Positions 53,255-62,194 of a stretch of DNA of 64,000 nucleotides are shown piece by piece. Every line of letters starts with the position of its first letter. Position 1 is the first letter of the stretch. This DNA comes from an uncultured Gemmatimonadales bacterium (GTDB lineage Bacteria; Gemmatimonadota; Gemmatimonadetes; Palauibacterales; Palauibacteraceae), in NCBI GenBank assembly GCA_963783385.1, contig CAWANJ010000003.1, positions 1-64,000 on the forward strand. Reading direction: 5' to 3'. The translations under genes were made by a program, and so were the position numbers. Below the pieces are notes generated by a model. That model was given only the letters and a program-made list of their open reading frames with translations, searched no databases and had not been told where the DNA came from.

Positions 53255-55014
53255 CAGACGCTTCCCGGCACCGAGGCCTGCGAACTCGGGGAGGCGGGGG
53301 CGTTCACCGCCGGCTCGAGGTCGTGCTTGCGGCGGAGGAAGGCGTGGATCACCCGCCCGACCCGCAGCGTGGCCGCCTCGAGCGCCTCTTCCTCCCGGGC
53401 CGTGACCGCCCGCGCCGTCGCCGCCACCGTGCCGTTGATCACGTAGGGTCGAATGTCTTCGATCCGGCCCGGCGGGAGCTCCGCGGGGACCGGCACGTCC
53501 CCCACGTTGACCTTGGCCCCCAGGTATACGGGCCCGTCGGGCGTGATGAGCAGGTAGGCCCGGTACGCGATTCCAAAATCGCCGGGCTCGCCCTTCTCCG
53601 ACACGCCCTGCAGTTCTGGGAGCATGTACTCGAACATCAGGTGCGGCGTCGACTCGAGTCCGTCCGGGATCCGGTCCACCTTGTAGAGGGCGAGGCCCGT
53701 CCCCATGTCGCGGAGGGGGTCCTTGACGATGAGGTTGGGGAACCGGGAGCCCGGCTCGGGCGGTACCAGATCCTCCTCGTCGTGGACCCGTCGTGCCATC
53801 GGGATCCGGTCGGGCTCGGGCGCCAGCGCGTTGTGCCTCTCGATCTCCAGGTCGAGCAGCCCCTTCTCGCGTATGACGTAGCAGAGCGGGCTCGCCAGCT
53901 GGCGCGAGTTGACGTACAGCGTGCCCGCGGCGTCGAAGTCCATACGCGGCTCCCACGGCCGCCGCCACGGGGAGCGCAGGGCCGGATCGTCGCGGATCTC
54001 GAGCTCCAGGCCCAGGGCCCCGGCCTGCCGGCGCCAGGCCTCCTCCATCTCCCGCTCGAAATGCCACATGCTGGAAGGGAAGTAGACGATGCGGCGGAAG
54101 CCACGCTCGTGAGCGTATCGGCAGAGTCGCTTCCCCACGGGGTCGTCGCCGTCGTAGGCCCACATCCGGTCCAGGCCCATGCCCGGGTTGAAGTTGGCCT
54201 CCAGATAGACGAGCTCTCCGCCGGAGGGAAGGAGGTCGACGCCCACGAGCGCGCAGCTCTCGACGCCGCGGCGCGTGGCGCGGTGGACGGGGCTCACGGT
54301 CGGGTCGTAGGGAAGGTCCTCCAGGTACTCGACGGCCACGCGTCCGGGATCGACGCCGGCCCACCGCCACAGCGCCTGGAAGACGGACGTGCGGCCGAGG
54401 GGGCCCCGGCGGCTCATCGCCACCCACGCGCGACCCGCCGCGCGGGAGGCGGCGGTGATGGAGCGTCCGAACAGGTGCACGCTCCGCCACGCGCGTCGCC
54501 GCCAGCCTTCCGTGAGCCGGTGCCGCCGTCCAATCCGGGCCAGCGCGCTGCCCAAACGGAACGCGGGACCGTACACGGCCCGGTGGAGGCGGTCGGAGAC
54601 CGTGAAGCTCCGCTCGCGCAGCTCGAGGTCGGCGGCGTCGGCGAGCGCCGCGCGGAGCGGCGCGGGAAGGGAGGCGAAGGGTCCGAGCCAGCGCTCGGGC
54701 GACGCCCACAGCTCCCGGTAATCTTCGCGGGAGCAGCCGGTGTCGCGCCGAACTCGGCGGACCATGCGCGAAGCCGCTGTGCCGCTCACCCGGGAGGGGG
54801 CGGCGGCGAGTTCGGCGAGCGCGCCCTGAATGTGGTCGGCGAGTGGTCGGTTCACGCTGATCGCATCGGTACCGAATTCCGGCGGTCGGAAACCGCGCGG
54901 GTCGGGCAGGCGAGAGCCCGAAGGGGTGGAGGCGAGAGCGGATCCGAGGATCCGCTCCATGTGCCCACGGCGCCACCCGGAACCAGCGCGTCGGCCATCC
55001 TCTCCGAGCGCCAC
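53254..55014 (-). CDS. Putative circularly permuted ATP-grasp protein, paralog 1, subtype B (start uncertain, 54855-55014)
   Basis: ESCALVGVDLLP...YLEANFNPG, REKG, NLIVKDPLRDMGTG, MFEYM, AYRAYLLITPDGP, DIRPYVIN. Confidence 0.75.
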   Translation of the reverse strand: MALGEDGRRAGSGWRRGHMERILGSALASTPSGSRLPDPRGFRPPEFGTDAISVNRPLADHIQGALAELAAAPSRVSGTAASRMVRRVRRDTGCSREDYRELWASPERWLGPFASLPAPLRAALADAADLELRERSFTVSDRLHRAVYGPAFRLGSALARIGRRHRLTEGWRRRAWRSVHLFGRSITAASRAAGRAWVAMSRRGPLGRTSVFQALWRWAGVDPGRVAVEYLEDLPYDPTVSPVHRATRRGVESCALVGVDLLPSGGELVYLEANFNPGMGLDRMWAYDGDDPVGKRLCRYAHERGFRRIVYFPSSMWHFEREMEEAWRRQAGALGLELEIRDDPALRSPWRRPWEPRMDFDAAGTLYVNSRQLASPLCYVIREKGLLDLEIERHNALAPEPDRIPMARRVHDEEDLVPPEPGSRFPNLIVKDPLRDMGTGLALYKVDRIPDGLESTPHLMFEYMLPELQGVSEKGEPGDFGIAYRAYLLITPDGPVYLGAKVNVGDVPVPAELPPGRIEDIRPYVINGTVAATARAVTAREEEALEAATLRVGRVIHAFLRRKHDLEPAVNAPASPSSQASVPGSV

Positions 55015-55058
55015 GGTAAGTCAGCCCGGTGACAGCGCGCAAGATGAGAGGACGCGGC

Positions 55059-56186
55059 TCACCCCGGCGGGTCCACCCGCGCGGCGATGCCGGACGGGAC
55101 GGCACAGTTCGAGACGCCGCCGAGCTTCCTCGCCTCTCCCGGGAAGAACCTCTTTCGCCAGCGCAGGGCCACATTGACGAGCCCGATGAGCACCGGCACC
55201 TCCACGAGGGGGCCGATCACGGCGGCGAAGGCGGCCCCGTGTCCGATGCCGAACGTCCCGACGGCCACGGCGATGGCCAGCTCGAAGTTGTTGGAGGCCG
55301 CGGTGAACGCCAGGGTCGTGGTGCGGGGGTAGTCGGCGCCCGCCGCGCGGCTGGTGAAGAAGGTGAGGGAGAACATCACCACGAAGTAGATGAGCAGCGG
55401 TACGGCGACGAGCAGGACGGCGACAGGCTGGCCCAGGATCTGGCGGCCCTGGATCGAGAACATGACCACGATCGTGAACAGGAGCGCCACGAGGGTCAAA
55501 GGGGAGATGCGGGGCACGAACGTGCCCTCGTACCAGGCCCTGCCCCTGGTGCGCAGCAAGAGGAACCGCGTCGCCATGCCCGCCGCGAACGGGATCCCGA
55601 GGTAGACGAGCACGCTCCGCGCGATCTGGCCCATGGTGATGTCGACGACCGCCCCGCTCAGTCCAAGCCACCGAGGAACGAGGGTGACGAACAGGTAGGC
55701 GTAGACCGAATAGAACAGGACCTGGAAGATGGAGTTGAACGCCACCAGGCCGGCCGCGTACTCGGGGTCCCCCTCGGCGAGGTCGTTCCACACGATGACC
55801 ATGGCGATGCAGCGCGCCAGGCCGATCAGGATGAGCCCGACCATGAGCTCCGGGTGGTGCCGAAGGAACAGGAGGGCCAGCGCCGTCATGAGGATCGGGC
55901 CCACGACCCAGTTCTGCACCAGGGAGAGGAGGAGGACCTTCCGGTCCCTGAACACGTCGCCCAGCTCCTCGTAGCGGACCCTGGCGAGCGGTGGGTACAT
56001 CATGACAATGAGGCCGATCGCGATCGGCAGCGACGTGGTGCCGACCTGGGTGGCGCGCGCCAGGCCCTGCACGAGACCCGGCCACAGCGATCCGATGGCG
56101 ATCCCGGCCGCCATGGCGGCGAAGATCCAGGCCGTCAGGTAGCGGTCCAGGAGCGACAGGCGACGGGCGGTTCCCCCCTCGCTCAT
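55059..56186 (-). CDS. acr3: ACR3 family arsenite efflux transporter
   Basis: [62 protein letters not shown]. Confidence 0.95.
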   Translation of the reverse strand: MSEGGTARRLSLLDRYLTAWIFAAMAAGIAIGSLWPGLVQGLARATQVGTTSLPIAIGLIVMMYPPLARVRYEELGDVFRDRKVLLLSLVQNWVVGPILMTALALLFLRHHPELMVGLILIGLARCIAMVIVWNDLAEGDPEYAAGLVAFNSIFQVLFYSVYAYLFVTLVPRWLGLSGAVVDITMGQIARSVLVYLGIPFAAGMATRFLLLRTRGRAWYEGTFVPRISPLTLVALLFTIVVMFSIQGRQILGQPVAVLLVAVPLLIYFVVMFSLTFFTSRAAGADYPRTTTLAFTAASNNFELAIAVAVGTFGIGHGAAFAAVIGPLVEVPVLIGLVNVALRWRKRFFPGEARKLGGVSNCAVPSGIAARVDPPG

Positions 56187-56941
56187 CTGCGACCCTCCCG
56201 CAGCTGTGAGGCGAACGCATCGGGCAGCCCGCTGGACTCGATCCCCCGCGCGGCCCGCTCCACGTCGTACGGGATGCGGACGTGCTCCACTCGCCATGTC
56301 GCGGGGGAACCGTCGCCGGGTGCGTCGAGGAGCACGTAGCCGGCGCGGGGGTCGCCGTCCTTGGGCCGGCCCACCGAGCCCGTGTTGACGAACAACATGC
56401 CGTCCACCTCCCGGCGCCAGGGAAGGTGGGTGTGGCCGAACAGGATGGCGTCTCCCTCCGAGAGCCCGGCGCGCGCGGCCATCTTGCGGCAGAAGTCGTC
56501 CGAGCGCTCCTCCGTCCAGTAGAGGGTGTTGAGGGTGGGTGCGCCGTGGACGAGCACGGCTTTCGGGCCCGCGGCGTGGCCGCCGGCCGGGCGCAGGTCG
56601 ATCCTGAAGGGCAGGCCGGCGAGCCGCCTCCGGGTCGCCTCGGTCACGTGGTCCAGGGTCCATGCATAGCTCTCGTGGGAGAGCGCTTCCTGTTCCGGAC
56701 TCTCGGACCGGCACCCGCAATGGGCGTAGCGCGTGGCCGTCGTGGAGTCGTAGTTGCCGGCGACGCCCCCGATGCTCCGCTCGAGCAGGAGGTCGACCAC
56801 CTCGTTCGGCCACGGAGCGTACCCGACCAGGTCGCCCAGGTGGTAGGTCGCGTCGACGTCGGAGCGGCGCCCGATGTCCTCGAGCACCGCCTCCAGGGCG
56901 GGGAGGTTGCCGTGCACGTCGGACAGGATCGCGTACTTCAC
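56183..56941 (-). CDS. Metallophosphoesterase family protein (ars-associated)
   Basis: [41 protein letters not shown]; overlaps both arsM and acr3. Confidence 0.9.
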   Translation of the reverse strand: MKYAILSDVHGNLPALEAVLEDIGRRSDVDATYHLGDLVGYAPWPNEVVDLLLERSIGGVAGNYDSTTATRYAHCGCRSESPEQEALSHESYAWTLDHVTEATRRRLAGLPFRIDLRPAGGHAAGPKAVLVHGAPTLNTLYWTEERSDDFCRKMAARAGLSEGDAILFGHTHLPWRREVDGMLFVNTGSVGRPKDGDPRAGYVLLDAPGDGSPATWRVEHVRIPYDVERAARGIESSGLPDAFASQLREGRR

Positions 56942-57766
56942 CGGCGGGCCGGCTTCCGGGCGCGGACGAAGGCGGCCATGAAGCGGCCCTCGATCTGCGG
57001 CGCGACCCGGACCGGGTCGAGTCCCGCATCCTCCAGGAAGCTCCGTGCCTCCTCGAGCGTATACACGCGCGTCGGCTCGATCGACACGTCCATGAACCCC
57101 GCCTCGGTCAGGAGGCTCCGGAACTCGGACTCCTCGAGGGCTCCGGCCACGCAGCCGGCCCACAGCTCCATGCTGCGGCGGACCTCCTCGGGCACGACGC
57201 CGCGGACCACGACGTCGGAGATCGCGAGCCGACCACCGGGTCGCAGGACCCGGAAGGCCTCGCGGAGGGTGCGCGCCTTGTCGCCGGACAGGTTGACCAC
57301 GCAGTTCGGAGATGACCACGTCCACCGAGGCGTCGGGGAGCGGAACGGCCTCGATCTCGCCCTTGAGGAACTCGGCGTTCGTCGACTCCATGCCGCGCTG
57401 GTTCCGTCGCGCCAGCTCCAGCATCTCGTCCGTCATGTCGAGCCCGTAGGCTTTGCCGCCGGGCGCCACGCGCCGGGCGGAGAGCAGGACGTCGATGCCG
57501 CCGCCGGAGCCCAGGTCGAGCACGATCTCGCCCGGGTGCAGGTCCGCGAGCGCGGTCGGATTGCCGCACCCGAGGGAGGCCGCCAGGGCGTCCTCGGGGA
57601 GCCCCTCGGAGTCCGCCGGTACCGTACAGGTCGCGTGTAATGGCGTCGCCGCCTCCCTCGGGCCCGCAGCCACAGCCGCAGCTCCGAGCCGCCCGGACCG
57701 GTTCTCCACGCGGGCCGCGGCCGCGGCGTACTTCTCCCGCACGATCTCCTTCACGTCGTCGCCCAC
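56938..57766 (-). CDS. arsM: Arsenite methyltransferase (frameshifted)
   Basis: [42 protein letters not shown](NC)[21 protein letters not shown]. Confidence 0.9.
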
Positions 57767-57850
57767 CAGGTCCTCCCCCTGCTTTCGCCCATGCCTGGCT
57801 ACCCGGGGACTCGCCCCCGGGCGGCGCTTCGAGGCCATCCGGTTGCGCTG

Positions 57851-57882
57851 TATAGATACATCTCTATATTGATGGTTGTCAA
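57851..57882 (-). promoter_or_regulatory. Candidate arsM promoter with overlapping ArsR operator
   Basis: AT-rich island in the arsM/arsR divergent gap. TTGACA on the minus strand (57882-57877) and inverted repeat TATAGA-N6-TCTATA (57851-57868). Confidence 0.6.
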
Positions 57883-57955
57883 GATTGGGTGAAGTCGAGC
57901 ACGGTCCGATCGATCGGGAGGCATGGAGTGGGCACGGGTACTCTGAGGGAGACCC

Positions 57956-58329
57956 ATGGGGAGGAGGCCGACGCGGCGAGGCTCGCGGCCACGCTCAAGG
58001 CGCTCTCGCATCCGTCGCGCGTCCAGATCGTGGAACTCATCCACGAGCGCGGGGGCGAGATCTGCGTGTGCGAGTTCGCCGGCCGGCTCGATCTCTCCCA
58101 GCCGACCATCTCCGCATCACCTCAAGATCCTCCGCGACGCTGGCCTCATCGCCAGTCGGCAGGAGGGGACGTGGGTCTACCACACGGTGAGGCGGGACGC
58201 CGTGGCCGCTCTCGTGGAGCCGGCTGGCGGCCTGGGCCTCGGTCCCCGGAAGGCGGGTCGGAGACCGAGGATGGGGAGGACCGCGCTCCGTGCTGCCCGA
58301 CCTCGACGAAGCGCGGTCCCGGAGACTAG
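57956..58329 (+). CDS. arsR: ArsR/SmtB family repressor (frameshift near 58115; end approximate)
   Basis: LKALSHPSR, EICVCEF (As-binding CVC), LSQPTIS/HHLKILRDAGLI, EGTWVYH. Confidence 0.85.
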
Positions 58330-58920
58330 CTGGGGGCGCGGCCGCCGCTCGGCGGCGGACTCCCCCATGGCGCCGACGCCCGGTTCCGAGCGTCCCTTCA
58401 GGCCCGGAACGAGGCTCGGCGTCGTGCGCCGGTACGCCTCGTAGGCTTCACCGTGGTAGGTGAGGAGATCGTGCTCCTCGAACTGCAGCGCGACCAGGAT
58501 GTAGGCGGTGCTGACGGCGGCGAACAGCAGGTGACCCATGGTCATCGTCGGCGTGGCCCAGAAGGCCACGATGAACCCGAGCATGAGCGGGTGGCGCACG
58601 TAGCGGTAGAAGCCGCGGGTCTGGAAGTGGGGGTGGCGATACTCGCCGCCGCGGAAATACGTCCAGGCCTGCCGGAGCCCGAACAGGTCGAAGTGGTCGA
58701 TCATCCACGTTCCCAGGAAGACGATCGACCAGCCGGCGGCGAACAGGGCCCACAGGAGGTCCCGTCCGAGCGCTCCGTGGACGTCCCATACCACGCCCTG
58801 GATGGGGCGCCAGAAGGCGAAGGTGACGAGGAGGATGACGCTGGCCAGGAGCACGAACGTTGAGCGCTCCACGGGCCGGGGGACGATGCGGGTCCAGCGG
58901 CGCTTGAAGGCCGGCCGGGC
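58330..58920 (-). pseudogene. mddA: Second MddA-like methyltransferase, 5'-truncated
   Basis: ARPAFKRRW...VERSTFVL, IDHFDLFGLRQ, YRYVRHPLMLGF, FEEHDL. Homology starts immediately after the apbE stop; the N-terminal part up to QHS is missing. Confidence 0.7.
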
Positions 58921-59973
58921 TCAGATCCTGGACGCGCCCGGAGCCGCTCTCCCGAGGATGGCCGCGGACTCCCGCTCCGAGGCGCCGAACACCGCGGTCG
59001 CGCCCGCGTCCGCGGCCATGCAGTCGTCGGCCAGCACGGTGACGCTGTGCACCGTCGTCCGCCACGGGGACGCGGTCTGCGGGTCGAGGATGTGCCCGTA
59101 GCGGCGGCCCCGGTAGTCGAAGTACTGCTCGTAGTCGCCCGACGTCGCGATGGCGCGGTCGGTGACGTCGAGCTGGCCCAGGAGCCGCGTAGGGTCCGCC
59201 GGAGACCGGATGCCCACGCGCCACGGCCCCCCTTCCGGAGACGTGCCCAGTGCGTACAGGTCGCCCCCGGCGTTGACCATCCCGTCGCGGACCCCGTGGC
59301 GGCGGAGGGCCCGGACGGCCCTGTCGACCGCGTGTCCCTTGGCGATCCCGCCCAGGTCGACGCCCACCTCCGGGTGCCGCCGGACAATGTAGCCGGGCCG
59401 GTCATCCTCGCCGCCATGCTCCCGCTCGACCGCGAGCTCCCGGTACAGGGCCTGGCCGGCGAAGGCCGCTACGGCCTCGCGGGAGGGCGGACTGTGCCGG
59501 TGGTCCACGTCCCACAGGACCAGGGCCCGGGCCAGGCCGGGATCGAAGCGATCGCCGCTGGCCTCCGCCCACTTCAGCCCCTCGGCCACCACGCGGGCCG
59601 TCTCCGCGTGAACCGGTGTGCGCATCCCCACCGCCGCCGCGTTCACCCGGCCCACGTCCGAGGCCCGGCTGAAGCGGCTCATGGTGCGATCCACCCAGCG
59701 GAGCTCCGCCAGCGCCGCCCCGATGGCGGCCTCGGCGCGCTCCGCGTCGTCGTCCACGACGCCCACTTCGGCCAGCGTCCCCATGACGGGTATGGTGCGG
59801 CTGTAGAGCCGACGGGACAGGCGGAAACCCACGGCCGGGACGGCCGCCACCACGAACACGCCCGCGCCGATGGAGACGAAGCGCCGCCGCGAGACGGTGC
59901 GCTCCGCCGGCGCGGGCTCAGTCACGCCGTCCGGCGTCCAGCGATCCTCCGACCCTCTGTCGATGACGTTCAT
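58921..59973 (-). CDS. apbE: FAD:protein FMN transferase (ApbE/RnfF), Tat signal
   Basis: VSRRRF; VMGT, MSRF...SDV, DLGGIAKGHAVD, VNAGGD, ATSGDY, HILDP, ADAGATA. Confidence 0.9.
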   Translation of the reverse strand: MNVIDRGSEDRWTPDGVTEPAPAERTVSRRRFVSIGAGVFVVAAVPAVGFRLSRRLYSRTIPVMGTLAEVGVVDDDAERAEAAIGAALAELRWVDRTMSRFSRASDVGRVNAAAVGMRTPVHAETARVVAEGLKWAEASGDRFDPGLARALVLWDVDHRHSPPSREAVAAFAGQALYRELAVEREHGGEDDRPGYIVRRHPEVGVDLGGIAKGHAVDRAVRALRRHGVRDGMVNAGGDLYALGTSPEGGPWRVGIRSPADPTRLLGQLDVTDRAIATSGDYEQYFDYRGRRYGHILDPQTASPWRTTVHSVTVLADDCMAADAGATAVFGASERESAAILGRAAPGASRI

Positions 59974-60185
59974 GTTACCTTGCCGTGGTTGGAGCCCGTC
60001 TCGATCCGGTAGTCGGGACACGCCGGGCTGGCCTCGTCCCGGCCCCCGTACAGCGCACACCCCTCGCCCTCGTCACCCCGCAAAGCGCAGTCTCCGCAGC
60101 CCTCCTCACCCCGGTCCGCCAGTCCGAACCCGACGTACACGCCGACCAGGATGGCCATGCCCACGACCCCGATCACGAGCTCCAT
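59970..60185 (-). CDS. Small Cys-rich single-TM protein in the rnf operon
   Basis: 71 aa with an N-terminal TM helix followed by GCGDC...GC...C; starts 1 nt after the rnfA stop and overlaps the apbE start. Confidence 0.6.
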   Translation of the reverse strand: MELVIGVVGMAILVGVYVGFGLADRGEEGCGDCALRGDEGEGCALYGGRDEASPACPDYRIETGSNHGKVT

Positions 60186-60186
60186 G

Positions 60187-60768
60187 TCAGGCTCCCGCGC
60201 TGAGCAGGCCGGCGAAGCCCATGAAGGCCATGGACAGGCTGGCCGCGATGATCATGGCGAGGCCCATCTCCCTGGCGATGGCTGGGACGCTGGCGGTCTC
60301 CGAGCGCTGGCGGATCGACGCCATGAGCACCAGCGCCAGCGTGAAGCCAGCCCCCGCCCCGAGCGCGAAGGCGAGGCCCTCGAAGAAGCCGTAGCCCCGG
60401 GCGTACTGGAACAGCGCCAGGTAGAGGATCGCGCAGTTGGTCGTGATCAGGGGCAGGTAGATGCCCAGTGCCCGGAACAGGGCCGGGCTCGTCTTCTTGA
60501 CCACCATCTCCACGATCTGGACCAGGGAGGCGATCACCACGATATAGGAGATGAGGCGGAGATAGGGCGCCACCGGGAGGACCCAGGCGTTCAGGAACGA
60601 GACGGCGCTGGCGGTGAGCACCATCACGAAGGTCACCGCTCCCCCCATGCGCAGGGCGGTCGGCACCTTCTTGGACACGCCGAAGAAGGGGCACAGTCCC
60701 ACGAAGTAGGCGAGCACGAAGTTGTTGATCAGGGCCGCCGACACGAAGATACGGGTCAGGTCTCCCAT
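60187..60768 (-). CDS. rnfA: Rnf electron transport complex subunit A
   Basis: NNFVLAYFVGLCPFFGVS, IASLVQIVEM, LGIYLPLITTNCAIL, SMAFMGF. Confidence 0.92.
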   Translation of the reverse strand: MGDLTRIFVSAALINNFVLAYFVGLCPFFGVSKKVPTALRMGGAVTFVMVLTASAVSFLNAWVLPVAPYLRLISYIVVIASLVQIVEMVVKKTSPALFRALGIYLPLITTNCAILYLALFQYARGYGFFEGLAFALGAGAGFTLALVLMASIRQRSETASVPAIAREMGLAMIIAASLSMAFMGFAGLLSAGA

Positions 60769-60787
60769 CGCTCTCTCCAACCTCTCT

Positions 60788-61472
60788 CTACGCCACCATC
60801 TCGGGGCGCCGCTCCTCCGGAGCCCGGACGCCGTGCGGCCACCGGCGAGGCTTGACGGCCTCGTCCTTCTTCTCGCCGCGCTGCCACCACCAGCTCATGC
60901 CCATGAGGATGGCGCCCAGGGTGAGGAAGCCCCCGGGCGGCAGGATCATGATCACCCACGGCTCCCAGTTGTGCGGCATGACCTGGATGCCGAGGAAGGT
61001 CCCGCTCCCGAGGAGCTCCCGAACGCTCCCCATGAGGAGGAGGGCGACCGAGAAGCCCGCGGCCGTCCCGGCGGCGTCGAGGATCGAGGGCAGGAGCCGG
61101 TTCTTGGACGCGAACGCCTCGGCCCTGCCCAGGATCATGCAGTTGACCACGATGAGGGGGACGAAGGCGCCGAGTGCCTTGGACATCGAGGGCGCCACGG
61201 CTCGCCATGATCAGGTCCACGACGGTCACGAAGGTCGCGATGATGAGGATGTATCCGCTCATGCGGACCTGGCTCGGGATGTAGTCCTTGACCAACGAGA
61301 CCAGGGCGCTCGAGCCTACGATGACGAAGGCCGTGGCCAGGGCCATGGCGATGGCGTTGTCCACCGAGTTCGTCACGGCGAGGGTGGGGCACAGGCCCAG
61401 GATCTGGACCAGCACCGGGTTCTCCTCCCACACGCCCCGGAGGAACACCTCGCGACCCGTCCTGTCGGTCAT
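60788..61472 (-). CDS. rnfE: Rnf electron transport complex subunit E (frameshift near 61200)
   Basis: ENPVLVQILGLCPTLAVT, IIATFVT, PLIVVNCMILGRAEAFA, RELLGSG, LPPGGF. Confidence 0.92.
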
Positions 61473-62194
61473 GACCCGTCTCCTCCGTGCGCCGCGCGAC
61501 CGGGCGCCCCGCCCAGCGCCGATCCCACGGCCTCCAGGCTCTGGTTGATGATCGTGATCACCGTCGTGGACGAGATCGTGGCGCCCGTGATCATGTCCAC
61601 CTGGTGCGGATCCTGGGCCGGGTGCTTGACCCCGTCGATCAGGGGCGCCAGCACGCTGTCGAAGCCGTGTATGAACGCCGAGTCGGACGTGATCTTCGCC
61701 CCGAGGCCCGGCGTCTCCTTGCTCTCGAGCACCTTCATGCCGAGCACCTTCCGGTCGGCCGGGTCGTAGCCGAAGATCAGCTTGACCACGTCCTGGTAGC
61801 CCGGCTTCTGTCCGGGGACCGCGTAGCCCACCATGTGGCCGTCGGCGGCGTACCCCGCGTACACGGGCCGCGCCGCCGACGAGTCGACGCCGGCGGGGAG
61901 GCTGTCGAGGAGCTTCCCGCTCACGACCCAGCGGGTCTCGTAGCGCTGCGGCTCCCCGAGCACCTCTTCGATGGCCTGGCGCAGCTCGGCGGCCCGGTGT
62001 GCCTCGATCCGGGGCTGGGCCCAGCCGTGCACGAGCACGATCGCGATCCCGGCCACCACCGACAGCAGGCCCAGCGCGCCGACGAGGAGAAGGGAGGACG
62101 GCTGCGATCCTCGGGCGCCGCCTCCGGACGCCGCCGACCCGTCCGGACTCGTCGCCGCGCTGTCCGCGGGCCGGTCCCCCTGGCCCGTGCTCAT
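61469..62194 (-). CDS. rnfG: Rnf electron transport complex subunit G (FMN-binding)
   Basis: N-terminal TM helix, GYQD, ETPGLG, DMITGATISS (flavinylation motif). Confidence 0.9.
   Translation of the reverse strand: MSTGQGDRPADSAATSPDGSAASGGGARGSQPSSLLLVGALGLLSVVAGIAIVLVHGWAQPRIEAHRAAELRQAIEEVLGEPQRYETRWVVSGKLLDSLPAGVDSSAARPVYAGYAADGHMVGYAVPGQKPGYQDVVKLIFGYDPADRKVLGMKVLESKETPGLGAKITSDSAFIHGFDSVLAPLIDGVKHPAQDPHQVDMITGATISSTTVITIINQSLEAVGSALGGAPGRAAHGGDGS

Noticed and set aside
48215-55058. RiPP (graspetide-type) interpretation of the ATP-grasp array
   Set aside because: I found no short precursor ORF with repeated Thr/Ser/Lys-Asp/Glu cores, and no dedicated peptidase or exporter beside the array. 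A precursor elsewhere in the genome cannot be excluded.
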